DNA from: Chiloscyllium plagiosum
Taxonomy: Eukaryota
DNA length: 64,000 bases
Assembly: GCF_004010195.1 (NCBI RefSeq)
Contig: NC_057720.1
Span: forward strand, 31,270,150-31,334,149
Direction of reading: 5' to 3'
Part shown: piece by piece, positions 1-12,364 of the stretch
Numbering within the stretch: the stretch's first letter is position 1
Layout: the number at the start of each line of letters is the position of its first letter
Notes under the pieces: generated by a model
What the model saw: the letters and a program-made list of their open reading frames with translations, nothing else
Database searches by the model: none
What the model was told of the DNA's origin: nothing
Made by a program: the position numbers and the translations under genes

Positions 1-75
1 TCTAGTACAGAGAGTGAATGTTGAAAGTGTTATAGGGTTTGCCAATCAAGTAAGTTGCTTTGTCCTGAATTTGTC

Positions 76-365
76 ATAGATACAGAGAAAATAGGAGCAG
101 GAGTAGGCCATTCAGCCCTTCAAAGCTGCTCTACCATTCAAGATGATCATGTCTGAACATTCAGTTTGGTACCTGTTCCCGCTTTCTCCCATATCCTGTG
201 ATCACTTTAGCTCTAACAAACCCAATTCCTTCCTGAAAACACTCAATGATGTGGCTTGAACTGCTTTCAGTGGCAGAATTTCACAGGCTCACCACTCTCT
301 GGGTGAAGAAATTTCTCCTTATCTCATTCTTAAATGGCCCATCCTTACTCCTAGTTCTAGTCTCC
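76..365 (-). mobile_element. CR1 LINE 3' end fragment
   Basis: Reverse complement of the CR1 3' UTR/ORF2 end seen many times in this window (ggagcaggagtaggccattcagccc...gaagaaatttct). Confidence 0.75.
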
Positions 366-639
366 CTAATATTCTATTAACTTCCCTAATTACTAGCTGA
401 ACTCTATACTAACCATTTGTCCCAACTTATACTCCATTTACTAGATCCTTGCCTGCTCACTTACTGATCTTTGTCTTTTGTAGTCTCCTTATATTGTCTT
501 CATAACTTTTTACTTGACCTCAAATGGAACAATATGGAAAACTAGAGTGAAGCTGAGACCATTGTAATGTCTTCTTATGTTTTCATTCAAGGGATATGGG
601 AAGGAAGAATAAAAAAGAAACATTTTGTCTAAATGATGT

Positions 640-1880
640 GATATTGCCGAGTTCTGAGTTGCAGAGGGATTAGCATGTTCTAGTGTGTGAATCACAGACA
701 ATTAGTATAGAGTGCAGCAAGTTATTAGGAAAGTTAATAGAATAAATAGGCAAAGTCTTTTCCCTGGGGTCGGGGAGTCCAGAACTAGAGGGCATAGGTT
801 TAGGGTAAGAGGGGAAAGATAATAAAGAGACCTAAGGGGTAACTTTTTCACGCAGAAGGTGGTATGTATATGCCTGTTCCCTGGATGCTGCCTGACTTGC
901 TGCGCTTTTCCAGCAACACACTTTCAGCTGGGTATATGAATAGGAAGGGTTTGGAGGGATATGGGCCGGGCACTGGCAGGTGGGACTACATTGGGTTGGG
1001 ATATCTGGTCGGCATGGACGGGTTGGACCGAAGGGTCTGTTTCCATGCTGTACATCTCTATGACTCTATGACTCTAATATTACCATTTATTGCAAGGAGA
1101 ATGGAATACAAAAGTAGAGAGTTTTGCTTTAATTATATCAGGCATTGATGAGACTACTTCTGAAGTATGTGTACAGTACTAGGTTGCTTGTTCAAGAAAG
1201 TACAGTACATCAATTCATTGCAAGCATTGCACATAAGACTCCCAGGTGAATTCATGAAATGGGCATGTTGTCTTATGAGTCAAGAGTGTGGTGCTGGAAA
1301 AGCACTGCAGGTCAGACAGCATCCGAGGAGCAGGAGAATCAGCGTTTCAGGCAGAAGCCCTTCGTCAGGAATCTTTCGTAGCCCTCATGATGAAGGGCTT
1401 ATGCCTGAAACGTCGATTCTCCTGCTCCTCGGATGCTGCCTGACCTGCTGTGCTTTTCCAGCACCACACTCTTAACTCTGATCTCTAGCATTTGCAGTTC
1501 TCACTTTCTCCACGTTCTCTTATGAGGAAAGGCGAGTTTGGCCAGGTTTGTAACTGCTGGTTTCTGTAGAGTAAGAGGTGATTTGACTGAAATATTTAAG
1601 ATTCCCAAGGCCTTGACAGGGTGGATGTGAAACAGCTGTTCCCTCTTGGAGGAGAATCTAGAACCGTTTAAAAAGACGCTTTCCGTTTAACACAAAAATG
1701 AGGAGAAACTCTTTCTCAGATAATCATGAGTCTTTCAAACTCTCTTCTCTAAAGTTGATGGAAGCAGGGAATACCAAGAGCATGAAAGGTTATTGTGGGT
1801 CATCAGATCAGCCATGATCTTATTGAGAGGTGGAGCAGGCTCAAGGAACTGTGCAGCCTATTCCTGCTTCTACTTCCTAT
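640..1880 (+). mobile_element. Decayed CR1 ORF2/3' UTR, interrupted by a younger CR1 3' end (about 744-1074) and a Penelope-derived insert (about 1279-1512)
   Basis: CR1 RT C-terminal remnants resume on both sides of the inserts. It ends in a gatcagccatgatcttattga...ggagcaggctc CR1 tail. The nested copy ends in (ctctatga)n. Confidence 0.7.
1281..1512. mobile_element. Penelope-like (PLE) terminal-repeat insert, inverted pair
   Basis: gtgtggtgctggaaaagcac...cttcgtcagg followed by its inverse tgatgaagggcttatgcctgaaacgtcg...ccagcaccacac. Flanked by a near-duplicate (t/c)gtt(g/c)tcttatgag. Confidence 0.8.
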
Positions 1881-2094
1881 TTTCAAAATTAATTCAATAG
1901 TGATGCTGGCAGTGCAGTAATCTACTGGGCCATTATAAAGATGGTTGCTATTTTGAAAAAAAACTTCATCCTTTATCCAATGGAGACAGTGAACAGGCAA
2001 CCTTTTGTCAAAAAATGATCTCGGTCACGAGGGAAGTGCACTAAGGCAGCTCTGGAGCAGGGGACAATTTTGGGCTCTGCATATGGCACATGCA

Positions 2095-2530
2095 GTTCTG
2101 CAGCCAGTGTACATCCAACCAAGGGCCATAGACTGATGAAGGTTAATGGAAGCCTGCCATCCATTGACTCCAACTACACTTCGTATTCCTGCGAAAAAGC
2201 ATGCAACATTATCAAGGACTCCTCCCACCCCAGTTATAATCTCTTTCGACCTCTTCTGTCAGGCAGAAGGTACAAAAGCTTAAACACATGTAACAACAGG
2301 TTCAAGAACAGCTTGTTACCCACTCATGTTAGACTTCTAAATGGACCTCTCAAATTTTAAATCTAATGTTGATCTTGCTTTTTGTGCTACTTCTTTGCAG
2401 ACATAACATTGTAATCCTTGCTTTGTTCATTCATCTTATGATCTTTGTATGGTATGATCTGCCTGGACTGCACGCAAAACAAAACCTTTTACTGTACCTA
2501 CAGTTTGACAATAATAAATCAAATCAAATT
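2095..2530 (+). mobile_element. Rex1/Babar-like LINE 3' end
   Basis: Translation IIKDSSHPSYNLFRPLLSGRRYKSL...NRFKNS...RLLN matches the Rex1-type ORF C-terminus. Tail is aataaatcaaatcaaat. Confidence 0.8.
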
Positions 2531-3790
2531 GGGCCTCAAATCTTGTCAGCACTTTTGTCACATTGAAATGAAGAAATCAGTCACAGGTCTAAACAATTTA
2601 GCAATCCACTGCAGCTCTTAGCCCTAACGCAACATTTTCTTTAAAAGTTTAATTTTTTTTCCTCCACTGAACAATTGCTAATTCAAAGGGTGCCATGACA
2701 TCTTTCAGGATAGTTATATATTTGGCTGTTCAAATTTAGGTGCAGCAATGTCTAAAAGAAGGACCTTGCAAATTTACAACTGTAACAATGTATCTGCAGA
2801 TTAAGTGCGAAAAGTCTCTGACATGTTAATAACTTATGCCAGTGTTACACCAGAAAAAAAGTGCTGCCAGTTGATATCTCAGTGATGCGCACATTGATTT
2901 TCTCTCATGTTACTATCAAGGAACAAATACAGTACCTGCAAATAATAAGTCAAGTCCCCACAAAACCCTCAACATTAATAAATATCAGCAAGAATAAAGC
3001 ACAGTTCCATAGCATATACTACTACACTGCTGCAGTTTAAACTCCATGCTTTATAGTCAGAAATGTCTTGTATTTATTTAGAGCATGGAAGATGTGATTT
3101 TATTTCATTTTGATGTAATGAAAAAATATCTCCAAGTAAGTTTAGCTGATGTACAAGGGAAGGAGATTAAAAATGAAAAATGCAAAATTAATATAACATA
3201 TTCACAACTATGCCAAAGAGTAAGCTGTACAGATGGCTTCTAATATGTTTATTTGCCAACAGAAACATTCTTTGGCTCAAACATTGCATGAAAACAAATG
3301 CTTTTCATTTCACCTCACCGTCCCTGTTTTCGACACTGTTGTGCTAGACTTTCCACCCACTGACTATAAACTACTGAAAATCTAGTCTGTCATGCCAAGA
3401 AAAGGTCCAAACCTTTCACTAATTTGTCTTTCAAGATTAAGTTTGTGTAGGGAATGTCAGTGTGAGGAAATGGAGTATTATCCATCTGAGTACTCCTAGA
3501 TACGGCACGTATTAAAAGCATGATATTGTGTCTGAAGTTTCACAAATCATATTCCTATTCCAGTACATGCAAGTGATCTCATTCAGTCACAGTGTTATTG
3601 AATGGTGGAAAAGACTTGGAAATACCACATTCCTGTTTCTCTGCTCCTATCCTTACTGCTTCTCTGCATTATGAGCAGTCTCATGTTTTTGATGTTAGGT
3701 AAGTCATTGTTGCACTGACCTTGTTTAATTTAATCCTCCTCTGCAAGTTTGTTTCAGATCGACAGTGAAAAAACACTAGTGCATACTCAC

Positions 3791-3906
3791 CATCAGTGAG
3801 AAACAGGTAATAGGAGTGATCAAAGACGAGAAATTGAATGTAGACCCAATTCCACACCTACAGCTTGCATTCAGCATTTTTTAGGATGATCTAAAGTTCT
3901 GTCTCC
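3791..3906 (-). other. Candidate exon (unverified)
   Basis: Minus strand shows pyrimidine-rich ...ccagttttag| as acceptor and ATG|GTGAGT as donor. No recognisable protein. Confidence 0.2.
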
Positions 3907-4139
3907 TAAAACTGGTGGGAAGTTATTAGAAGAGATTTACATTAAAATAGCATGGTATCCATTCTTCTTAAGTCAGGAAAGCATTCTGTTTGTTCATTTG
4001 TACTAGGCCTACAATGACAGAAAAGGCATCAACATTCTATAGGTTACCATTATTCAGAAACTTAATGGACCTTGCTATTTCTAAAACAGCAATTTAAAAG
4101 CTGGGAATTCTACAATGTGCAATTGACCTTCTGACACTT

Positions 4140-4580
4140 CAAATCATCTACAAAGCACTAATACAATGGAACACTCTCCATGCCTGGACAATTGCAGCTC
4201 TAACAACACTCTGTAGAATCCATGATAGGGTGTCAATCAAGGCGTTGCTCTATCATTTTAAATGGTCACTTCCTCCATCTGCAGTGCGCAGCACAAGTGT
4301 ATATGATCTACGAGATGCAATGCAGTAACTTTTTCTCCTTCTACAGCAGTTTCCAAATCCACAACCTCTACCACTAAGAAAGACAGGGCATTAGGCGCAT
4401 GGGAATATCAGCATCTGCATGTCTCCCTGCAAGTCACATGTTATCCTGATTTGGAACTATATCACTTTCCGTTGCTGGGTCAAAATGCCGGGCCTCTCTC
4501 TCTGATACAACTTACATCAAAAGGATTGTAGCAGTTCAAGAAGACAGCTCGCCACCTCCTCTTCAAGACTAACTAGAGAT
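4140..4580 (+). mobile_element. Old CR1-group/jockey-like LINE 3' fragment (same family as 49745-51940)
   Basis: Similar to the reverse complement of 49.9-50.5 kb (caacctctaccactaagaaagacagggca..., gcagttcaagaagacagctc). Confidence 0.6.
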
Positions 4581-4582
4581 GG

Positions 4583-5080
4583 ACCGGACCAACCAACCCA
4601 ACCACCCTGTGGCCCAACACTTCAACTCCCCCTCCCACTCCACCAAGGATATGCAGGTCTTTGGACTCCTCCACCGCCAGACCACAACAACACGACGGTT
4701 GGAGGAAGAGCGCCTCATCTTCTGCCTGGGAACCCTCCAACCACAAGGGATGAACTCGGATTTCATCAGTTTCCTCATTTCCCCTCCCCCCACCTTGTCT
4801 CAGTCAAATCCCTCGAACTCAGCACCGCCCTCCTAACCTACAATCTTCTTCCTGACCTCTCCGCCCCCACCCCACTCTAACCTATCACCCTCACCTTGAC
4901 CTCTTTCCACCTATCACATTTCCAACGCCCCTCCCCCAAGTCCCTCCTCCCTACCTTTTATCTTAGCCTGCTGAACACACTTTCCTCATTCCTGATGAAG
5001 GGCTTATGCCTGAAACGTCGATTCTCCTGTTCCCTGGATGCTGCCTGACCTGCTGTGCTTTACCAGCAACAGATATTCAG
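4583..5080 (+). mobile_element. Penelope-like element 3' part (GIY-YIG C-terminus + terminal repeat)
   Basis: RTNQPNHPVAQHFNSPSHS...RRLEEERLIFCLGTLQPQGMN, then cctgatgaagggcttatgcctgaaacgtc hammerhead-like motif at 4991. Confidence 0.9.
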
Positions 5081-6016
5081 CAACAACACTCACACCACAA
5101 GAACAATTTTTTTTTAAAAGAGTAGATATAAATTTTAGAGTAGTGAGTACGCAGCTAGGATTACTTAGGTGATACACAACTAAAGGTAGTTTTCAAAGTA
5201 GACTGTGAAATATGTGAAACTATCTAATGCAGCAAAGATTATTCTTTAAACAGGGAAGTAATTGCCTATATGCTATTACCATTACCTCACTTGTCTGAAA
5301 AACACACACGCTAAATGAACAATAACACACATATGTTACTATTTGGTGGCAATCTCACACTGTTAGTTATGTTTCAAATATCCTTGAAGAGGCTCTCAAC
5401 TTTAACATGAACGCATGTCACAATTAATTAAAACACTATATAGCTTTCAGATTCCTCACTACAGCCAGTAACAGGCTCTCGAACGTCATGGAGAAATGAG
5501 GAATGCAATATCTCTTTGAAAAATAATAAAACAAATTAAATGTGAAGGCAGTCAAGACTCTAGTTACTAATATTGGCCAGATCCAAGAAAGGTTAGAGCT
5601 TAGGGTTGACTCTGTTCTAGGCTGAAAGTATAAGGAAGGAAGTTCCTTCAGAAACTTCAAGTCTAGAGTCTGTTATTCATTATAAAAAATCAACTAAGAT
5701 AGAATCTAATATGACAAAAAAAAACATAATGTTTGCAGCAATACTTTCGTGGTTAAGTCAAGGCTCCAGTACATTAGTTGTTGCAAAGTTTGGCTAGACT
5801 GTGTTGAAAATACTGGCTGCAGTACAGCTTTGTAGTAAACACAGTTACATTATTGTAGCAAATATAATTTATAGTAAATGCAAACGAGACGACTGACTGA
5901 TCCTCCTGCAATCCAGACCAGAGATCATAGCCTAACTATAATTGAAACTGTACAGAAGCCTGAATATGTCACTTCTAATTTTATGTGCCTACCCTGCCTT
6001 CTCTGGTATAACTTAC

Positions 6017-6143
6017 CTCATTAGACATTGTGGCTTTCTGTTCAGCCCTCACAACAAGAGAGATTCTCGGTGAAACTGAGTTGTCTTAACCAGTTCACAT
6101 TCTGAAGCCAGGCTTATTCTAATCACAGGTAATACACTGGTTT
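6017..6143 (-). other. Candidate 127-nt exon (unverified, apparently non-coding/5' UTR)
   Basis: Strong acceptor ccttcccgttctccttcacactcag| and donor GAG|GTAAGT in unique sequence. Ends in gccacaATGTCTAATGAG. All three frames contain stops upstream of that ATG. Confidence 0.3.
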
Positions 6144-6263
6144 CTGAGTGTGAAGGAGAACGGGAAGGCCATGTCTCAGATTCCAGTGAATGTCTTAAAC
6201 TTTAAGATAGAAGCAATCAGGAGGAGAAAAAATGGAAACATCGAAATAGCAAAGATGTAAAAG

Positions 6264-6437
6264 TCACCATAGCTCCCTCAGTAGAGAGAGATGACTGCTG
6301 GTGGGTTTAACATGAGGGTCACCACGCCTCAGATCAGCGATGAGGTCAAGAAGAAGGAACCATTGAGTGATCTCAGCTGGCATGGGAATTACTCTACAGT
6401 GCAATCCAGCTGTCCAGTCAACTAAGCTAACTAACCC
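6264..6437 (-). mobile_element. tRNA-headed SINE (same family as 62640-62781)
   Basis: Minus strand starts gggttagttagcttagttgactgg (A-box-like). The body resembles the 62.7 kb copy (cctca(t/g)gttaaac...catctctct...ctatgg). Confidence 0.55.
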
Positions 6438-7659
6438 ACACAACAGATGTAAGTGACTTATGGAAGAACAGAAGCATACCAAGAAAGAAGAGCTAGGTGA
6501 TCATTTAGGAAGGTTGACGGGGAGGAATAAATACATAGTGAAGGAAGGCTTGTGTGACATAAGGACATAAGAAGCATGGGCATATCTCCTAGAAAAAGGA
6601 ATGCAAGTTCATGCTCAATGGAGTCACTGTGTGTCCCCTGTTCCAATACCTCAGCAATTCTAGTAATCTATTGGAAGACAGACTATTGGATTGCTGAGAC
6701 TCTCTACAAGGGTCTTCACACATTCTAATCCACACTAAAATGGAAGCAATCTAAACTACAAGGCAAAAGCTGACATAACTTTTGCACAAATGATGTCCTG
6801 TACTAAAGGGCTCACAATTGTTTTATTCTTGGTTCAAAGCTGGTGCAAGGAAGCTTTTGGGAGGCTAACATTTTAGAAAGGCTGGAGTTCCGGGGCTGCT
6901 CATCTGAGTTTACTGTGAGAACTCTGCAAAAGGTATTCAACTAGCCAGCTGAGTTAGGATAGTACTGTAGTTGAATTTCCTTTAACTTTTAGTTCCCTGT
7001 GCTACAGCATATAATTATGCTCAGTAGTAGCGATCAAATAAGGGAACAAAAGGAAAAAAAAGAACAGCAAAAGAATAATAATTAGAATGGGTTATAAACA
7101 TTAGTTTTTGTTCGGCCCAGACTCTGGTCTTATGCTCATAAACGATATTTCCGTCTCAGTTCGCAATGTTATGAATTCCCCTCCTCTTCTCTGCAAAGTT
7201 TGACGTTACAAAGTTAGATTCCAGTGGTTTGGGAGCAGGATATCTCCCATCCCCTTAGATGAGGAAATTTGAAATGTGGGGGAACCGCAAGGAAATAAGT
7301 AAATATAGAAGGCAGTAAAAGTACATTTTATGATACAAGAGGGTTTTTTTGGATGCTAAAAAGAAAACATAGATGATGACATACATGGACAATATTTATC
7401 TAATTAACAAGTAGGATATAAAAAGTACTTTAAACACAGAATATAGCTCTCTGTAATTGAGAGTTATTAAAAAATAACACTCCACTGCTTAAAAGAAGTG
7501 CAATAAATGATTATAACTGATAATTAACATGGAAATGTATATAAGATATATCTCAGGTATAAGGTGGTATCTAATAGAGGCCTGAATGACTTTGTGCTAC
7601 TCAATCACATACCTGCACTATGTGCCAGCAGCCTATGCCGTAAATAAGCTCAAATTCCA

Positions 7660-9925
7660 CATGACCATCAGATATAGGACCAGAACTGGGTCACTTGGCA
7701 CATTGAGTCTATCCTGCCATTCGATCATGGCTGATATATTTCTCAACCTCATTTTCCTGCCTTCTCCCTGTAACCTTTGATCCCCTTATGAACTGGAGTT
7801 GTTGTTGAGGAGATGGTCTTAGGTTACAGTCTGATATTGTTCAATTGGTAAATTGGGCAAAGCAGTGGCAGATGGAATTTAATTTTGTGAAGTCTAAAAA
7901 GGGAGAATATCCACAATGAATGGTAGATCCCTCGAGGGTATTGAGAAAGAAGGTGATCTTGGTGTACATGCACAGATCCCTTAAGGTGTCAGCACAGATA
8001 GACAGGGTGGTGAAGGCTGCATATGGAATACTTAACTTCATTAGCTGGTACGTAGAATATTGGAGCAAGGAAGTCTTGTTACAATTTTATAAAACATTGA
8101 TCAGGCCATAGATGGCATATTGTGTGTTGTTCTGGTCACCACATATCAAAAGGACATGATCTAAAGGGTTGCACCTCCACACTGAGACTATGCCCTTGGG
8201 TCATTTTCTCTCCTACTGGTGGAAATATTTTCTTCATATCTGCTCTATTCAGGTCTCTCAGAATTCTTCAAGGTTCAATGAGATCCCACCTCTTCCTTCT
8301 AAACTCCATCCAGGACAAACCGAGAGTCCTCAACTACTCCTCATAATGACAAGCCCTTCATCCCTGGGATCATTCTTGCAAGCCTCCTTTAGACAGCTTC
8401 CAAGGCCAGCACATCCTTAGATACAGGGCCCATAGCTGCTCACAATATTCCAAATGTAGTCTGATCAGAGCCTGATACAGCCTCAGCAATACATCCCTGT
8501 TCTTGTCTTCTAGCCCTCTTGAAATGAGCGCTAACATTGCATTTGCCTTCCTAACTGCCAACTCAACCTGCATGCTAACCTTAAGAGTATCCTCAACTAG
8601 AACTCCTAAGCCCCTTTGTGCTTTTAATTTTGGATTCCTTTTCCTACTTAGAAATTAGTGTAAACCTCTAATCTTCCTATCAAAGTGCATAACTTTATAC
8701 TTTCACACTCTGTATGCCATCTACCACTTCTTTTCCAACTCTCACAGCTTATCCAAGTCTTTCTGCAGCCTTCCGGCATCCTCGGCACTACTTATGCCTC
8801 CACCTATCTTTGCGTTATCTACAAATATTGGAACGATGCCCTCAGTTACTTTGTCCAGATTACTAATGCAGAAGGCAATTAGTTGTGGTTCCAACTTTGA
8901 CTCCTTCTAACCCCCACTAGCCACCTGCTACTATCCTGAAAAAGATCCTCACTGTCTGCCCTTTGCCAGTCTGCCAATCCTCTATCCATCTAGTACCTTG
9001 CCCTTAACACCATGGACCCTTATCTTATTTAGTAGCCTCCTATGAGGCACCTTGTCAAAGACCATCTGGAATAGCCATGTCCACCTGACTCGTCTTTGTC
9101 TAACTTACTTATTACCTCCTCAAAGAATTCTAACAGACTTGTCAGGCATGTGCTTCCCTTGACAAAGCCATGCTGACTCAGCCCTATTTTACTATGCACT
9201 TCCGAGTACTCTGCAATCTCATCCTTAAGAATGGACTCTAAAATCTTTCTTACTATTGAGATCAGGCTAACAAGTCCATAATTTCCTTTTTACTGCCTCC
9301 CTCCCTTCTTAATTAGGGGTGTTATATTAGTCATTTTCCAGTCTTCTGAGACCCACCCCCAACTCCGGTGATCTTGAAAGATAATCGCTAATGCCTCCAT
9401 TAGCTCCTCAGCTATTTCCTTCAGAACTCTGGGGTGTAGTCTATCTGGTCCAGGTGATATATATTCCTACAGCTCTTCCAGCTTCCCCAACACCTTCTCC
9501 TTAGTGATGGCCACTACGCTCACCTCTACTTGAGAGTCCCCTGACTCTCGAAGTTCTGGTGTGTTACTGGTATCTTCCACTATGGAGACTGATGCAAAGT
9601 ACCTATTCAGTTCTTCCGTCATTTCTTTGTTCCCCATTGCTCTTTCCCCAGCCTTATTTTCCAGCAGTCCAATGTCCACTCCCTTCTCTCTTACTTTTTA
9701 CACATCTTTAAACAAAACTGTCGCAAACTTCGTCATATTACTCGCAAGCATATCCTCATATTTCATCTTCTTCCCCTTATTGCTTTTTTTAGTTATCCTC
9801 TGCTGGTTTTTAATCCCAATCTTCGAGCATCCCACTGATTTCACCACATTATATACATTTTCTTTTGCTTTTATGTTGTCCCTGACTTCACTCGTCAACC
9901 ATTGTTGCTTCATTCTCCTCCCTCG
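7660..9925 (-). mobile_element. Decayed CR1 LINE, with an opposite-strand CR1 piece at about 7790-8160
   Basis: Minus-strand ORFs VRKANAMLALISRGLEDKNRDVLLRLYQALIRLHLEYC and EELNRYFASV. Plus-strand VDRVVKAAYGILNFI...LQFYKTLIRP. Confidence 0.85.
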
Positions 9926-10301
9926 TATGTCAAGATGTAAGTCAAGATGCTTGCCGACACAGATGATAGATGATGATTGCCAACTGTATACACTCACAAC
10001 TGATTATTTTCAACTGTGCAATTTTTAAATCATAAAAAAAATCTACGTCATTTAACACTTTATTTCTCTTATCCAACATACTCATTATTTACATTTTTGT
10101 ATTATTAGGTATTAATCACTCTTGCTTTAATATATTTATGAAAGATATTGCTGATAATACATCTGCTGTTGGTTGTCTGTAAGTACAGCCCTTTACAACA
10201 ATTATTACATGGTAGCCATTAATGCATCTTTTATTTCAAATTTTTCTGAAATTCAAATTTCAATATTGTAGGATTTGAACCCACATGCCCAGAAAATTAG
10301 T

Positions 10302-10461
10302 AGAAAGTGAGGACTGCAGATGCTGGAGATCAGAGTCGAGAATGTGGTGCTGGAAAAGCACAGCAGTTCAGGCAGCATCCGAGGAGCAGCAGAATCAATG
10401 TTTTTGGCATCAGCCCTTTATCAGGAACTCCTGACCTGCTGTGCTTTTCCAGCACTACACT
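10302..10461. mobile_element. PLE terminal-repeat insert (partially inverted)
   Basis: agaaagtgaggactgcagatgctgg...cctgacctgctgtgcttttccagc. Flanked by ccag(a/g)aaattag duplication. Confidence 0.75.
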
Positions 10462-10611
10462 GTCGTGCCCAGGAAATTAGCCTTGAATTGCTCAGATTGT
10501 ATGTCTAGTTTTTTTTTTGTCAAATATATGCATTATTCATAAAATATCCTTATATACACACATAGTCCCTAAAGCAGTTCAGTTCTGTGCAATAGTATGT
10601 GGGGAAACAAA

Positions 10612-11760
10612 CATTGAATTGAATTAAATTTATTGTCACGTGTACTGAGGCACAGTGAAAAGCTTTGTCTTGCGAGCAATACAGGCAGATCACAGGGTTA
10701 AGCAGCATAGATAAGTAAATAATAGGTAAACAGCGGCAAAAACAAAAACACAGGTACAGGCGAATGTTAAGAATTTTTGAGTCCATTCAGTATTCTAACA
10801 ATAGTAAGGGTAGAAACTGTTACAAAACCGGCTGGTGCGTGTGTTCAGGCTTCTGTACCTTCTCCCAACAGTCGAGGTTGTAGAAAAACATTGCCAGGGT
10901 GAGATGGATCTTTGAGAATGCTGATGGCCTTTCCTTGACAGCGGGCCTGGTAGGTGGATTCTATAGATGAGATGTTGGCCTTTCTGATTGTCTGGGCTGA
11001 GTTCACCACTCTCTGTAACTGTTTCCGATCTTGACTGGTACAGTTGCCATACTAGATACTGATACATCCAGGCAGAATGCTCTCGCTGGCACAGCTATAA
11101 AGGTTTTCAAGAGTATTCGCCGTCATGCCATATTTCCTCAGCTGCCTGAGGAAGAAGAGATGTTGTTGGGCCTTTGTAACCAGTGCGTCCACATGAAGAG
11201 TCCAAGAAATCTTGTTGTGGATAACCACTTCCAGGAGTTTGACATTCTCCACTCGTTCCACCTCTGTGCTGTTAATATGTAGGGGGGGGCATGAGTAACA
11301 TCCCGCCGAAAATCAATAATGTGTTCCTTGGTTTTGCTGACATTGTTCTCAGTGTACCATTTTTCCAGGTCTTCCACCTCCTGTCTGTAGTTTCATCGCC
11401 ATCTGGGCTTCGACCAACAATGATGGTGTCATCAACAAACTTGTAAATGGCATTAGTCTGGTATTTGGCAACGCAGTCATGTGTATACAGTGAGTACAAT
11501 AGGGGGCTGAGTACGCATCCCTGGGGGGACTCCAGTGTTGAGTGTTAGTGACGATGAACTATTGTCCCCAATCTTCACTGATAGTGTCCTGTGGGTCAGG
11601 AAACAGGATCCAGTTGCAGAGAGTGGGGCTTGGTCCGAGATCAGTAAGTTTAGTAATCAGTCTCGAGGGGATAATAGTGTTGAAGGCTGAACCGTAGTCA
11701 ATGAGTAGGATTTTTACATAGCTGTTCTTGGTGTCAAGATGTTCTAGGGAGGAGTGAAGG
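10612..11760 (-). mobile_element. Rex1/Babar-like LINE (RT to 3' tail), decayed
   Basis: [32 protein letters not shown]...IYKFVDDTIIVG, KAQQHLFFLRQLRKYG. (attga)n tail at 10612. Confidence 0.9.
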
Positions 11761-11771
11761 AGTTTGATCCT

Positions 11772-12010
11772 AACCAACAAACAAACTAAAGGCAGTTCTC
11801 ATTTGAACAAAACTATATTTACATATATTTGAGGCACCGGGAGAGGTCCAATAATTGAACAGACCCCCGTTTAACTTTGGCAGAAAGACATTAGACAATG
11901 GTCTTTTTCCATTGCACCTTGGTGGCAGCTGCCCCAGTCTTTAGTGTTTTCCTCAGCATGTCGTCCTGGACCTTGGAATGTGCCAGTCTGCACTCGGTCG
12001 AGGTGAACTC
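11772..12010 (-). mobile_element. Tx1-clade (L1 group) ORF2 C-terminus + 3' UTR fragment
   Basis: Minus-strand translation EFTSTECRLAHSKVQDDMLRKTLKTGAAATKVQWKKTIV* resembles Tx1-type ORF2 ends. Confidence 0.65.
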
Positions 12011-12364
12011 ATTTCTCTGGAATATGTAGTGCCCCACTACCTCCCCATATTAAGCCCCACCATCATAAATAACAATTTGCATTTGTGTTCACATAAAATA
12101 TTTCTAGTACATGGGATAGATGGATGTCTGTTTGTTGAGCTACTTGGATGGATAGTTTGGGGCTGGACAATGATGGCAACAGCACCATTTCAATTCCAGT
12201 ACTGACTGCGGTGATTCTGGAGATCTGGCTCATTGCCTTGGCCCATATTTGCACCTTGAACTATAGTTAATCAATTGAATTTCACTAATAGAGAGGTGTC
12301 TATGGGCCTTTGAGGATGAGTAATTAGCATCTTAAAGTATAAAATGGTAAATGGATATCTCAAT

